A program made the position numbers and the translations under genes. DNA of 64,000 nt. It comes from Mayamaea pseudoterrestris. Taxonomy: Eukaryota. The DNA lies in NCBI GenBank assembly GCA_027923505.1, contig BROI01000007.1, positions 372,001-436,000 on the forward strand, in the 5' to 3' direction. The notes beneath the pieces were generated by a model. The model saw only the letters and a program-made list of their open reading frames with translations, made no database searches and was not told the origin of the DNA. Every line of letters starts with the position of its first letter. Position 1 is the first letter of the stretch. Positions 12,267 through 24,071 of this stretch are shown here, piece after piece.

Positions 12267-12978
12267 ATTGCTATCTTTTATATCATAGTATCATAACCAA
12301 AGCTTTTAATGGCATTAACAAGAGGGACTCGACAGGAGGTGCAGCAAGGCATGATGTGTGCTCCAATTCTCATGGTCGCGAGGATGAAATTTATGACAGG
12401 ACGTCTTATCGGTACTGCCAGGTCAGCATTCTTCGAAGAAGCTCTCGGCTGAGAAGTTACATTGCCCCGAACTAAATCATCCAATGGTTGGTTGGCCTTT
12501 CCTGTTCGACCGTTCGTCGGAAAAGAGGCAATAGTGCAATCGAACGATAAAGTATTCTAGGCTTAAATCATAAGTGGGTGACGCGCCCTTTATTCGTTGT
12601 TTTTCTGAGTCATTTTTGTTCCTACAATCCTCCGGGTTCCCGACTCTCTACGGTTTCGTCGCGCGTGAATCAATTCTTGCGACTCCGACCGTTCCTGTTT
12701 GAGTCGTCCTTTGCAGATTTGCCTTCCTCTTCGATCGGCTGTCATCTCTTGCTGTCGTCCATCAGAGAGTCTTGCTTGCATTCATTCACCGTGGCACCCT
12801 TCATTCCTGACTATTGACTCTTCTGCTTCGGGCCGTGGTGATAGTCAATTGCTACTTGCGCCTTTCCAGCTTTTTGTCAAGTCCAAATTTACTTGCTGCT
12901 CCTTTTGTCGAATCGAAGGCAGCTTTTACACCTTTATAAGCAGCCTCTTATTTACGTTGCACCTACCGCCTTACTAAG

Positions 12979-14271
12979 ATGAATGCATCTCACAACCACT
13001 TGGATATGTTTTCATCGGTTGTCGCCATGGACCATAGCAGCCACAGTAGCAGTAATGCCTCGACAACGCCCGAAGCTGCGGCACTATTAAACGCCCAACG
13101 AGCCGTCAAGCATAAGCGCCGATACTGCCGTTACTTGGGATGCACACGCATTGTCAAGTCGCAAGGATTGTGTCAGCGTCATGGAGCCACCCCACGCAAG
13201 TGTCGAGTAAGTATAGTCTATTGTTGTCATGGTGTTTGGTTGCAGCAATTGAGGCGACTGAATTAAGTCGTGGATGGCTAGGGCCTACTCGATAATGTGC
13301 CATGCGCCTCTTACTAACCTTTACTTGACACTTTAGGTTTCGGACTGCACGAAACAAGCGCAAGGAAACTTTGACGGCATGTGCAAGAGCCACTTTAGGT
13401 CCTACAAGCGCGAGACAACGCCTTTGCCCAAGCACGACGTTACTCAAGCGCAAGTCATTCCACTGGGAATTGAATCTGTCTATGACCGCATTCTTCCGCA
13501 ATCCGTTGCCTGGCACGCCAACTTGAACACGCCCATGCCACTCATTCAGCATTTGAAGCATGGGTTTGACGCCAACAAGCCTCCAGCCTGGCACCGCAAC
13601 GAGGAGCGACAAGCGCGAGGAATGATCCCGGTGCACAATGCTGCGACACAGCTGGAAACGTGGGAGCGGGAATTGTAAGTATATTATTTCATCGTTTCCT
13701 ATTATATTGCGGATGCCTTGTTTTAGTCACATGCTAACTTTGTGTTGAAATGTGTTGCAGAGTTTGGATGGAGATTTTGGCATTGTCCGGAAACCCAGAC
13801 GCCTCCTTTCGGCATTTGGCGCGCGCCTGGGGACGCGACAAGGGTTTTCACATGGTTTTAGCCCAGTTTATTTGCGAGCGACGTGGAGATGTGGAACGCA
13901 AGAAGCGCGAGCGGCAGGCTGATATGCCCAACGTTTGGGATCCGGATGCAACTGGGTATGGTGAAGTCTACGACGAGGCTTTGGCATCGGATCTGCTCCA
14001 GTTTTCGCAGCAGGTTGGTGTTGACCAGCCTTTTATTTCACAGCCAAAGCATGGTGTATATAATCAGCCTCAGCACCAACAAGAGCATCAAGTCCGGGAG
14101 CATCGCGAATCCTTTGATCACGAGGAGCCATGCTATTCGACATCTTCTATGGACAGCAGCGCTGATGATGAGCATTTGATTAAAAGTATGCATCAATCGT
14201 CGCAGCAGCATCCATATCAGCAGCCGCAGCATGGAAACGGTGGACAAAACAAAGATCTCTTTCCAGTATAA
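12979..14271 (+). CDS. Cys/His zinc-finger repeat protein (WRKY19-like zinc finger), putative transcription factor; introns 13207-13336 and 13675-13760
   Basis: CRYLGCTRIVKSQGLCQRHG and C..DCTKQAQGNFDGMCKSH repeats; both GT-AG introns preserve the frame; Q-rich C-terminus. Confidence 0.8.
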
Positions 14272-14580
14272 ATTTATATTTTGAAGTTTTGCAAGTCTTC
14301 GGAGTCACAGTAACTGAATCATAGGTTATAGTGTCTTAATAGCAGGATGAAACTGGCGCGCGAGCATATTATCGTGCACTTTCTTGTTCTCTTAATCTAC
14401 CGGTAGTTGTATTTAACGAGTGTTTAAAGACGTGCTACCTTTGTCTACAGACGTGGTCTCTTGTGATATTACAATACCAGTAGGCGCTCCGAAATACGAC
14501 GCCAAGTACAATAGCAGCAAGTACAGCAGAAGACAAACTCAATCGAATAAAACGTAGAAACTGACAGCGACGATACATGT

Positions 14581-15144
14581 TTAGAAACCATGCAAAACAA
14601 TCTGTTCGCCATGACAAATCTCCTGGTCGACCAAGAATTGCTTCACAACTGTTCGCTGGTCTCCACTCAACTGAATGACATCACCGACTTCTGCATCTTT
14701 CTGCACGGCTCCGTTGCAACTAAAATTCTTCTTGAAAGCCTTGCAGATTCGCTTCACGTCCAAGTCGTCTGCCAATCCAGCAACAGTGGTGATACATTTA
14801 CGTCCGTTTCGCTGCTGCACGCGAACGTGCACCTTTTCGTCAGCCGACGCTCCGCCCTTGGCGTCACCAGCGTCCTCGAATGCGTCTATTAATAGTAAGA
14901 GTAGTACGGTGTAAGTCGTGAGCAATATTAGATCCAGTTATAAAAAACGAAACGATTCATGCAGGAAGAAAGCCAGTCGTGCATGCGTCGCGAGACGCTG
15001 CCGGGCAATCGCGCCAACGCCACGATGGCACAGCTATAATGCATTTCTCTTTTTGCAATCGCAAGCAGCGCTCGTTCGGTAGTTCCAAGTTTGCACAAGA
15101 CATGTAATCGACCTACCGAAAGTATTGAATTTAACGTCCGTCAT
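14581..15144 (-). CDS. SUI1: Translation initiation factor eIF1; exons 15144-15117 and 14885-14581
   Basis: KVHVRVQQRNGRKCITTVAGL...FSCNGAV...IQLSGDQR...LHGF; spliced N-terminus MTDVKFNTFDAF. Confidence 0.97.
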
Positions 15145-15349
15145 TGTGGATTGTGGTAGTCGATCGGTGGTCGTCGTTCACTAGGAAACAAATAGCCTTA
15201 TCCTTATCTGTGAAGCTGTCAGCTACTCATGTTCTGCCATGCCATGGCTAGATGGCGTAATACAATAATCATGAACGAGACAAGACGGATACAAAAATGT
15301 CGCTAAATTGTAAATAAGCAATATATTAACCATAGCTAGTAGAATGAAG

Positions 15350-16804
15350 CTATGCGTTTAAGGCCGACGATAATGGCGTGCCATAAATCCGCACTCGACT
15401 CAGGCCACCATCTGGATAGATAGTAACTCTTACATGCGACACTGGCTGCTCCCTGTTTAGTATTTGATCCAAGTCAAACAAATGCTCCGAGTCTGGTGCC
15501 ATGCGGCAACGAGACACCAAGTTGAACCACTCTACACCGTCCGTCGCTGGACAAAGTAGATTGTCGTCGTCGGTCGCAAAGCATCCTTCTACTTGTACAC
15601 TCTCTGGATAGTTGCCACGGAAGTGCTTTGTATCTAGAATGATTCGACCGATGCTATTTGCGGCGTGGCCAAGCTTCAAAATGCACCAATCCTTCAGCGT
15701 CGATTTGAGCAGCCCAGTCTCGTCATCCTTGACCCATACCGACGGACGATTCGGATGACGAGCCGTCTCCCATCCATCGCCCATATCTTTTCCTAGTGTC
15801 GGCTGAATAAGGTTCCAGGGATCACCATAGTGCTTGTTTGAGCAGGCAAGTCCAACGCCTCCAAGCTCCATGCTTGACAATTCTGCATACGCATAGCCTT
15901 GCTGGTGCGACGAAAGGACTTGTCCCGACGCATGAGGAACGACAGTACAAGTCGGACCAGTTGTAATAGGATAATAAAGAGCAGCGGGCAGAAGACGAGG
16001 TGCTGCGGAGTCAAGTGAGCTTCCCCACAGTCGCAACCGGGCCACACCACCGTCGGGAAAGTAATTCAATCGCACCACAGTCCCTTTGACGGGTTGATCA
16101 AGCGTGAAGTAATGCATGCGCGTCTCTTGGTATCCTGGTTGCAGGCGCGTCATTGGAAGTGTAGTTTCCCATTCCAGACCTGGCCGCGCCAATGTAGCTT
16201 CTGCTTGAGCAACTTGCGTCGGCGTCGCGCCAGTGCCTTGCACGCAGCCAAACAAGAGACGATCAACAATGCATGGAATATCGCGAGCCATATCAGATAT
16301 CGTCGCTTCATTTGCATTAGCCATTTGTAGACTTACTGCAGGCGTATTGTTTCCCGTAAAGTGTGCCGTATCAATCTCCACCGCGTGGATCTCATAGCAA
16401 GAGTCAAGCTGCAAGAGGCACCAGTCATGTCCAGCTTCGCGGCGTCGTCGAGTCTCCCATCCATCCATGACTTTTCCTTGCTCACAAAAAGCCTCTGGAT
16501 CAAAGAATGGATCTGAATTGTTCAGCAAATTATCGGCGGAAGCAAACCATTCGTCCGTCGCAAACAAGACACGCGCATTGAGGCACGCATTATTCCAGGA
16601 CGACGATGCAAAGGGACTTGGCGGTGCAACATTTTCGCATGGCGAGCGACTCAATGTATTTTTCTCTGTCTTGGTAGCCTGTTTGGATGTAGGCAAAACC
16701 TCTTGACAAGTACGTTCGACTGTAGTTACATCCGCCTGCTCCGTGGCCTGTATCAATTGTGTCGGCACCGACTCTTCATTGTCATTGGGAAATGAAGGAG
16801 ACAT
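15350..16804 (-). CDS. ALLC: Allantoicase (purine catabolism)
   Basis: Two allantoicase repeats: MDGWETRRRR..GHDW, DTAHFTGN, PDGGVARLRLWG; MGDGWETAR, DTKHFRGNYP, YPDGGLSRVRIYG. Confidence 0.95.
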   Translation of the reverse strand: MSPSFPNDNEESVPTQLIQATEQADVTTVERTCQEVLPTSKQATKTEKNTLSRSPCENVAPPSPFASSSWNNACLNARVLFATDEWFASADNLLNNSDPFFDPEAFCEQGKVMDGWETRRRREAGHDWCLLQLDSCYEIHAVEIDTAHFTGNNTPAVSLQMANANEATISDMARDIPCIVDRLLFGCVQGTGATPTQVAQAEATLARPGLEWETTLPMTRLQPGYQETRMHYFTLDQPVKGTVVRLNYFPDGGVARLRLWGSSLDSAAPRLLPAALYYPITTGPTCTVVPHASGQVLSSHQQGYAYAELSSMELGGVGLACSNKHYGDPWNLIQPTLGKDMGDGWETARHPNRPSVWVKDDETGLLKSTLKDWCILKLGHAANSIGRIILDTKHFRGNYPESVQVEGCFATDDDNLLCPATDGVEWFNLVSRCRMAPDSEHLFDLDQILNREQPVSHVRVTIYPDGGLSRVRIYGTPLSSALNA

Positions 16805-17444
16805 GCTCGCTTGGCGACTGTTTCCAACACCAATGGTCAATATAATATACGTCACGAGCAAGAGCAGAAGGTATCACGACAAGTATGATAGTCGAAGGAG
16901 TCCCAGCTTCACAGTCAACGAGAAAGAGAGGAGGAAGCGTGAGCGAAACGAACTTGCTTTCACGACTGACGTCACAGTCCAACCAAAGGTTGATACAAGC
17001 GTCGATCATGAAAAGCGCGTCATTACGCGTCACCCTGTGCAAAGTGCGAGAACAATTTCGAACCGTGACCTTGTGGTCGACGTTTGTGACGCCATTGCTT
17101 ACGCCAGAACTTCAAGTTCCAAACGAAAGGCATATGAAAAGGGCATATACGTTCGGTCATTCGGAGATTTCCATCGAAAGAAAACAGCTGCGACGACCAG
17201 TCGAGTCATTCTTATGACCATATGACCATAACCGGGTTCCCCGGCCGCCGACGTTTCGTTCGCGCCAGCCCCCTCCCTCGCTGCCATGGAAAACCAAAAC
17301 ACACAGAGCGGCGCCACTTTCACCATGAACTTGTAAACTCTTTCTTTTTCCTTCCACGCTTGCCTTATCATTGTTAGTTGAAAATTCTCGCTGCATTTAA
17401 CAGTTTTGACCTGGTTGAAAAAGACGCAATAATTTACAAACGGT

Positions 17445-19775
17445 ATGAGCGGCAAGAGTCGAGGCTACGCCGCTGCGTTCCAGCAACTCGACTCCATAGC
17501 CGAGACTTATCAGATGGACAATCCCACGCAGCATTATCAGCAACCGCAGCAGCAGACAGGAGTGGGCAATCAGGCATTTTTGGAGCTTGGTTACCATGCG
17601 GCTGACGGATATCCAATTGGAAATGGCATGCAACACAATCATAACATGGTCGGCATGCCGCAACACCAGCAAACCCATCATGCATTGTTAATGCCCAATC
17701 ATCATTTTCAAGCAAACAATAACGATAATATGAACAATATGAATAGCGCCTATCAATTGATGTTTCAGAACCAGCAGGAGCAGCAAGGAGTTGCTCAAGT
17801 CATGCCATACTACGGGGACGTTGGCAGCAGCAATTATCGCGAAACAGCAATTAACAATAATAATGCTCAAGCCTTTGCCGGCTTTGATCCTCTTCCCATG
17901 CAGTTTGGAGCCCATCAACGGACGTCATCATGGGACGAATTCATGTCGCTCAACTCGGTGCTCTTTCAGCCCGAACCAATCTTGTCCGTGCCGCCCAATA
18001 TGGTTTCGGCGCAGCAATCGTATTCGAGTCATTCCACCAACAACTCGGCGAACCAGCACCAACTTATACACCAGGAGGATGAATCATGGCTGTCAGCACT
18101 GACGATTGAAGTATCTGGTCTCTCCATGGAGCCAATGCTTGGAACGGATGTTGTGCAGCGCTGCCAAGCGTCCATGGACGATGTCACTTGCCGGTATATT
18201 CCATGCGTTGACTTTTTGGTGCAATGTCAGCAAGAGTTACGCAAGGGACAGCGACTTTGCGCCAACAAGGCGCAAGAGTTTTTCCTAACTTTCATACAAC
18301 CGCTGCCTCGAGTCTTTTACGGAAAGAATCAGTTCAACATGTCGGCGGAAAGCTTGCAGTTGGCCATGGATGGTCTGCATCATCTCGTGAGAGACGCCAA
18401 GGGCGTACAGCGACTTGGTAGCGAAGCAGTCAAAAATCATTTTTTAGGAGGAATGAAGGATGGTGAATCGTGGGGACTGCGCAAGTGGCTGAGTAAACAC
18501 GGAAATGCACTTCCAATTTGTACAAACTTGGAATGCATATTGACCGCCTTGCGAAAGCTAGACAAGTCGGCGGAATCAACGCGAAAGCTCGCGACTATTC
18601 TACGACCCATGGCACATAAAACGCTTCAAAAGTTACAAACTGGAGTTCCCGAGTCGTATCAGGAGCAGTCGTCGGCGCATCCGTACCTTCCGTTTTTCCA
18701 TCGACTGGAGGCGGCGCTACGAAGCATGAGTCAGTTTGAGCCGGAGAAGGATGATGTCATTTGTCTTGACGATAGCGATGACGAAGACGAGGCAGCAGTG
18801 GTTTCATGTCAACCACAGCCTATCATAAAAAGACGGAGAGTGGATGTTGTTCTGGAGGAAGTTGGAGACGACGAAGTGAAAAAGCCTGCCGCCAAATCGC
18901 AGACACAAATGCAGGCTGTCGCGCAACATCAAATGACTGGGAAGCAAACATATGATGGCGATGGGAGCTCCTCGGGTGAATCAGAAGACGATAGCGTCGT
19001 TGAAATTGTCAATGCGTTTGCGACAGCGTCCGCGCAGACGGCTAGCGATCGGGACTCGGATCGGGAGTGGTCAGTTGCAACATCGTTAGCCGAGCGCGAC
19101 CACAATTCGTCTGGCCCCGTTCTTTGGCCTCTGCCTGTTGTTGGCAAGCAAATTTCATTGGCCGCGGCAGAAATGGCTGCCAACATTGATCGAGTTGCTG
19201 AATACTTTGATTCTGGTCAGCAAGCAGTGGTTCGTCCCATTACGGCACCGCATGGGACATTTTGGGAAGGACATCGGTACGCTCGCGTTCTCAGGTTGTT
19301 TAGTCGTATATTGCGTCAGCCCGAGGCGGTTGTCTTTATCGAACGCGTCGACGAAGATGCTTTGATTCAAGCAGGTCATCCGCCCTTTTCGCATGTCATT
19401 AAGCACCCGCTCTCGCTTCGTGATATTGCAGCGAGTTTGATCTGGAATGTTGATGCCAATGGGCACGTGCCTTGTGGTAAAGATGGAGAGCTTCCAGTTT
19501 GGGATTTGCGCAAGTGGAACATGTGGAAAGGCATGGATTTGCTGCAAGCTATAGATCTGGTGTTTTTAAATTCGCTTGCCTACGGGAGACGCATTGGCAC
19601 CGACAAGAAGTCAAACCACCGATCATCAACGAACAAGCTTCGAAAGTTATTGTGGGACGAAATCAATCGAGTGATACAAGCTGGCGTTGGCAACGATGTA
19701 GTCAGGAGGAAGTCCATTACCCCCACACGGCGCTCGGAGTCTAGTGGCTTCGTCGTCTACAAAATTCAAGAGTAA
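17445..19775 (+). CDS. Hypothetical nuclear protein: Q/N-rich N-terminus and a divergent bromodomain-like C-terminus (an upstream exon near 17286 is possible)
   Basis: 776-aa ORF; PEAVVFIERVD...PFSHVIKHPLSL...IDLVFLNSLAY resembles the bromodomain ZA loop and helix B; SIM-like DDVICLDD. Confidence 0.7.
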   Translation: MSGKSRGYAAAFQQLDSIAETYQMDNPTQHYQQPQQQTGVGNQAFLELGYHAADGYPIGNGMQHNHNMVGMPQHQQTHHALLMPNHHFQANNNDNMNNMNSAYQLMFQNQQEQQGVAQVMPYYGDVGSSNYRETAINNNNAQAFAGFDPLPMQFGAHQRTSSWDEFMSLNSVLFQPEPILSVPPNMVSAQQSYSSHSTNNSANQHQLIHQEDESWLSALTIEVSGLSMEPMLGTDVVQRCQASMDDVTCRYIPCVDFLVQCQQELRKGQRLCANKAQEFFLTFIQPLPRVFYGKNQFNMSAESLQLAMDGLHHLVRDAKGVQRLGSEAVKNHFLGGMKDGESWGLRKWLSKHGNALPICTNLECILTALRKLDKSAESTRKLATILRPMAHKTLQKLQTGVPESYQEQSSAHPYLPFFHRLEAALRSMSQFEPEKDDVICLDDSDDEDEAAVVSCQPQPIIKRRRVDVVLEEVGDDEVKKPAAKSQTQMQAVAQHQMTGKQTYDGDGSSSGESEDDSVVEIVNAFATASAQTASDRDSDREWSVATSLAERDHNSSGPVLWPLPVVGKQISLAAAEMAANIDRVAEYFDSGQQAVVRPITAPHGTFWEGHRYARVLRLFSRILRQPEAVVFIERVDEDALIQAGHPPFSHVIKHPLSLRDIAASLIWNVDANGHVPCGKDGELPVWDLRKWNMWKGMDLLQAIDLVFLNSLAYGRRIGTDKKSNHRSSTNKLRKLLWDEINRVIQAGVGNDVVRRKSITPTRRSESSGFVVYKIQE

Positions 19776-19954
19776 ACGAGGATTTAGCATTAGAACGAAT
19801 TAAAGATTGCTTTTTATAGATTTGTTCTTCTTTATCTTACGTAACGGAGCACTGCAGTTTCATTTGTGCGAAATTGTCTACAGAGTAATTGCACGCATGA
19901 TATTATGCCTCACTGCCGAGAGCCATTTGTTGCAACATGATGAAAGCATAACGG

Positions 19955-21615
19955 CTATATAAAAAGTCTATGGTGCTCTTCGTTTATCTCGTCGTTGCTG
20001 TCAGAAACACTGTTTGCAATGGGCGTTGGCTTTTCATTTTCTTCGGTGATGCAAAGCGCATCGGCATCGATAATCTCCACCTCGACCGATTCATCCGGTA
20101 TACGACTCTTGTACTTTCCCGGACTTCCATTCATTGGCGGTAGTAGCGGCGCCGGTGGAATCTTTCGAACCGACAGTCGCGAGAATAGTCGGAAATCGTT
20201 ATTCTTTACTTGAGCATGCGGCCAAAGGTCAGGTCGATTTGCCGACTGTCTTCGGATCAAAGGTGCTCGTCCATCCGGAGTCTCCTCGGAGGAACGATTG
20301 TAAAACAACACGTAGGCGGATGAACAATTCTTTTTCATTGTCGCAGTCGAAATGGAACGCACTCTTTGGTCATTGAACTCGTACCACTGGTCATCAAACC
20401 GATTCAAACCATAGGATGTATAATGTCCGCTTCCCATGGATCCCATCTGGTTGGCAACCGCGTACAGGTCGTATACCGGGCGCTCTCCTCCTTGGCGAAC
20501 CCTGAGACTGGTCAGGTCCCATTTTGTAATGGGATAGTCAATGGGTGCATTATTCTTTGATCCTACATGTCCGTATTCGTTGAACCTGAATCGCTTCAAA
20601 TGCACAATGAGAATTGGGGGCAGTATCCAAATGTCAGTTTGCTTCGTTGAATCTCGATGGGTATGGCATTTGGAGCAGTACCACTGATTGTCGCCCGAAA
20701 GTTTCTCCTTGAGCAAATAGAGCCTCAAGCAATCGTCCAAGGTCTGGCAAGAGTCGTTCATTGGCAACGACAAGTACATGAAAGGCTCAAAGCGAATATT
20801 CTTGTGTTTACAGTGCAAGCAAGTCAATGTATTTTTTAGTTGCCCCTGAAAAATGTCAACAATGAGCGATTTGTCGCGCCGCAGATAATTCTTCCATGCA
20901 TTAATGGCATCCTGCTCGTCATTTGTCCCGTCCAAGTCGGGATCTTCGATATAGGGCTTCTTTTTTATGCGATTGAGGTCTTCGTGCTTTGGATAAGGTA
21001 AGGGTGATTGAATGAGGCAACACGTTTATGTGATTACTTTCGCCAGCCCTCCCAAGCGTTGCCGACACTTACAATACCGTCCAGCAGAAAGCTGAGCACT
21101 TCATGAGCATCATGCTGCCGTCCGCCAGCAAACTGAGGAGCAAATTTTTCCAGGCTCTTTTTGAAAGCGACAGGCGCAAAGACAGTATTGTTCCCCAGCC
21201 AAATAGATTTCATCAGCTCGGCGTATGCAGTCACCAACTTGCCTCCGGTCCCAAGAAAGTTGTTCTTGTTAATTTCAGACCGATAGTCGTAGCCCAAAAA
21301 GTAATCCGTTAGCGGAATCGTATTGCTGAGACATTGCAATGAGCTATTTAGAAAGCAAGTGTTTCCAAGGTTCCGCAGTCCAACCGCACCAAGAGGCATG
21401 TCTTTTCCGTGATCCGACATGGCCATTTCAAAGTTCACCTTGACGGCGTCGTGCACATGATTGTAGTTGCTTGACCGCATCGGACTCGATGGATTACCTG
21501 CATTGGCATTATGACGTCGCGGCATGACGCGAAACATGCCGGAATCTGTCGTTGTAGCGTCTCCATCTTCAGGCGTTGTTTGCCGTCGTTCTGGATGGGA
21601 TGGCTTATTTCCCAT
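19955..21615 (-). CDS. Ubiquitin-specific protease (peptidase C19); intron 20987-21072
   Basis: Cys box GLRNLGNTCFLNSSLQCL, QHDAHE, LLDGI|HEDLN, VHLKRF, His box GSGHYT, WYEFND; N-terminal MGN. Confidence 0.95.
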
Positions 21616-21951
21616 GCTACCGTAATCTATGCAAAATCGTACGTTTGCCACACTAGTACAAAAGAATATACACTGCGCGCAGTCTTGCTGATGGAGCGTC
21701 GTTCGACCAGATTCGCAAATGGTGCGGGATCACCCTCTCATGGTTGTTGACGATTCATCTTTCATCGGATGGTGCGACGTGCGCATCAGACATTACTGTG
21801 CTGCTTGGTGTACACAGTTTCGTCATACCTTCTTTTCAGTGTCGCTTTGCTTCGGACAGACTCTGCGTTTTCGACGCAACAAAAATAATTGACCATGGCG
21901 CACGCTTTTTCCCATGTGTTAAAAGGCAACCAGTTTTATTCGCTTTAAACA

Positions 21952-23943
21952 ATGGTCCGCGTAAGGCGGAGCAATAATGGATCAAGAAGCTCGCTGCCTG
22001 TCCGCTGCTGTATCTCGTGGCATAGAATATGCTTTCTTCTGCTCATTTTCTACGGAATCATCGTCCTGTACATTTTCAAGCTGATTGCTTCGCCAAATGG
22101 CCTTTCACAAGGCCCAATTGCTGCAATATCAGATTTATCTGGTCAAAATACGAAAAGTATTGCTCGAAAGGACATTGGAATGGGGAAAGACCAAAATTTA
22201 GAGCGGCAGAACATGTCGGACGTTGGATTGGTCGACGACGATCACGCAGAGAGGCTCAAAAAGCTAGAACAAACGATACGAAGTCTGCAAGCTGGCGCAT
22301 ATTCCTCATATAGATCTTGTCGATGGCGAGCAGGAGATATTTATTCCAGTGACGATTCCTGCCCAGACAGAGCTTCCCGAATCCTTTACTACAATTTACA
22401 CTCTGAGTCTCGAATATTGTGCAATCACACGATTGCACCTAACTCCCACGTAATGCTGGAGCAGCCATGCTTGGAGCCTTCTCGATTATTTCCGGTTATT
22501 CCCGACGTGACGGCGCAAGGCTTGCCGCCTGTCAAAACTTGCTTTGATAAGTGTGAGAGGGATCGAACAGCGAAGCCCTTTGAGCAATGCGACATTCCTT
22601 GCATGCAGTCGGGGACAACAGGCGCGGTCATTTCTAGGCGATATATTGATGGCACAGACTGGGTCATCAACTTTAGCATGGAAGGTCCGCAGTATTATCC
22701 GGACATGCGAGTCAAAAAGGACGCTTACCGGAACAACAAGTTCTACTCGACTACATCGTACGATTCGGAAATTCCACTGCCATACTTTTCGTGGGCCGAG
22801 TACGACATTCAGAGTCCGCCACTCAAGTATGAAGACGCTATTAAAGGTGCAGTGTTTCTGGCACGCAACTGCAACTCCTTGAATAAGCGCGAAGCTATCA
22901 TCAAAAAGATGGAAGAGTCAACTTTTCGGGTGGACTCCTTGTCGAGCTGCCTTCGAAATGCAAAACCCCCAGATGGTGTCAATCTTAACAACAAGGTGCA
23001 AGTCATGCGTCGCTACTTGTTTTACCTTGCTTTTGAGAATCAAAATGAACCTGACTACATCACCGAGAAGTTATGGGGACCACTCGTTGCGGGCACGGTG
23101 CCAGTGTATTTTGGAGCGCCCAATGTGAAGGACCATGCGCCGAACCGAAGCATGATTGCCGTCAGTGACTTTTTCTCGGTTGCAGATTTGGCAGCATATT
23201 TGAGCAAGGTTGCCAATGACAAGGCACTCTACGAATCGTACCAGGCTTGGCGCTCGCAACCGCTGCCACCACATTTTCATGCACGATATGATTTTACTCG
23301 AGTTCATAGCACCTGTCGAACCTGCCGATGGGCGCATGCAAGATTGTACGGTCTTGGATGGAATCACAGCAATCAAAGTTTGACAGAGCTGCATGTTCCG
23401 CGGAAAGTGTGCTTTGATGAGCACGGCCTCGTGAGTAAACCTTTCCAAGAAGAGTGGTTTACTGCGGGTGCTCCGTTAATGACCAAAACGTCGGGTGCCG
23501 GTTCATGCGAGAAACTACCATGGTCAGGATCCAGCCTGTCGTTTCAGTCAAATCAGTTAACGCGGGTTGTTTACGAGCAAGACGGCGTGATCGATTACCT
23601 TGTTGAAAGTCGTGATGCAACATCGGACAATTACATGTTGCGACTCCAGATGCCGCTCAAACTAAACAGCACATTTGATTTAGTAAGAGACGGGCATGTT
23701 CGCCTTCAAGACCAGGAAACACGGCTAACTATCCTGGCGCGCCCACGGAAAGTTGACATAGTGTCGACTCAAGAGGGAACTGCCGAGCTTACGATTCAAC
23801 CTGCAAATCTGCCGCTTCGAATACGAATAATTGTTGAAGATGTCGATAAGCTTCACGACAATGCACATTTGGAAGAGAATTACTTTGGTCAACGCATGAT
23901 CGACGATTTTTACCAACCTGTGGAAGGCTTTATCATGGTGTAG
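21952..23943 (+). CDS. Alpha-1,3/4-fucosyltransferase (GT10), type II membrane protein
   Basis: N-terminal TM helix; FSMEGPQYY; YLFYLAFENQNEPDYITEKLW..L.AGTVPVYFG GT10 motif. Confidence 0.9.
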   Translation: MVRVRRSNNGSRSSLPVRCCISWHRICFLLLIFYGIIVLYIFKLIASPNGLSQGPIAAISDLSGQNTKSIARKDIGMGKDQNLERQNMSDVGLVDDDHAERLKKLEQTIRSLQAGAYSSYRSCRWRAGDIYSSDDSCPDRASRILYYNLHSESRILCNHTIAPNSHVMLEQPCLEPSRLFPVIPDVTAQGLPPVKTCFDKCERDRTAKPFEQCDIPCMQSGTTGAVISRRYIDGTDWVINFSMEGPQYYPDMRVKKDAYRNNKFYSTTSYDSEIPLPYFSWAEYDIQSPPLKYEDAIKGAVFLARNCNSLNKREAIIKKMEESTFRVDSLSSCLRNAKPPDGVNLNNKVQVMRRYLFYLAFENQNEPDYITEKLWGPLVAGTVPVYFGAPNVKDHAPNRSMIAVSDFFSVADLAAYLSKVANDKALYESYQAWRSQPLPPHFHARYDFTRVHSTCRTCRWAHARLYGLGWNHSNQSLTELHVPRKVCFDEHGLVSKPFQEEWFTAGAPLMTKTSGAGSCEKLPWSGSSLSFQSNQLTRVVYEQDGVIDYLVESRDATSDNYMLRLQMPLKLNSTFDLVRDGHVRLQDQETRLTILARPRKVDIVSTQEGTAELTIQPANLPLRIRIIVEDVDKLHDNAHLEENYFGQRMIDDFYQPVEGFIMV

Positions 23944-24071
23944 AGCTTTATTTTACTCTAAATGGATGCGCCGAGCAGAATCGACAGCGGCAAATTCTAT
24001 ATGGCGACCACAAGTCCCGGTAGTAGGTGCAACATGTAATTCTAGTGGTATGTATTAGATATCTTACTGGG

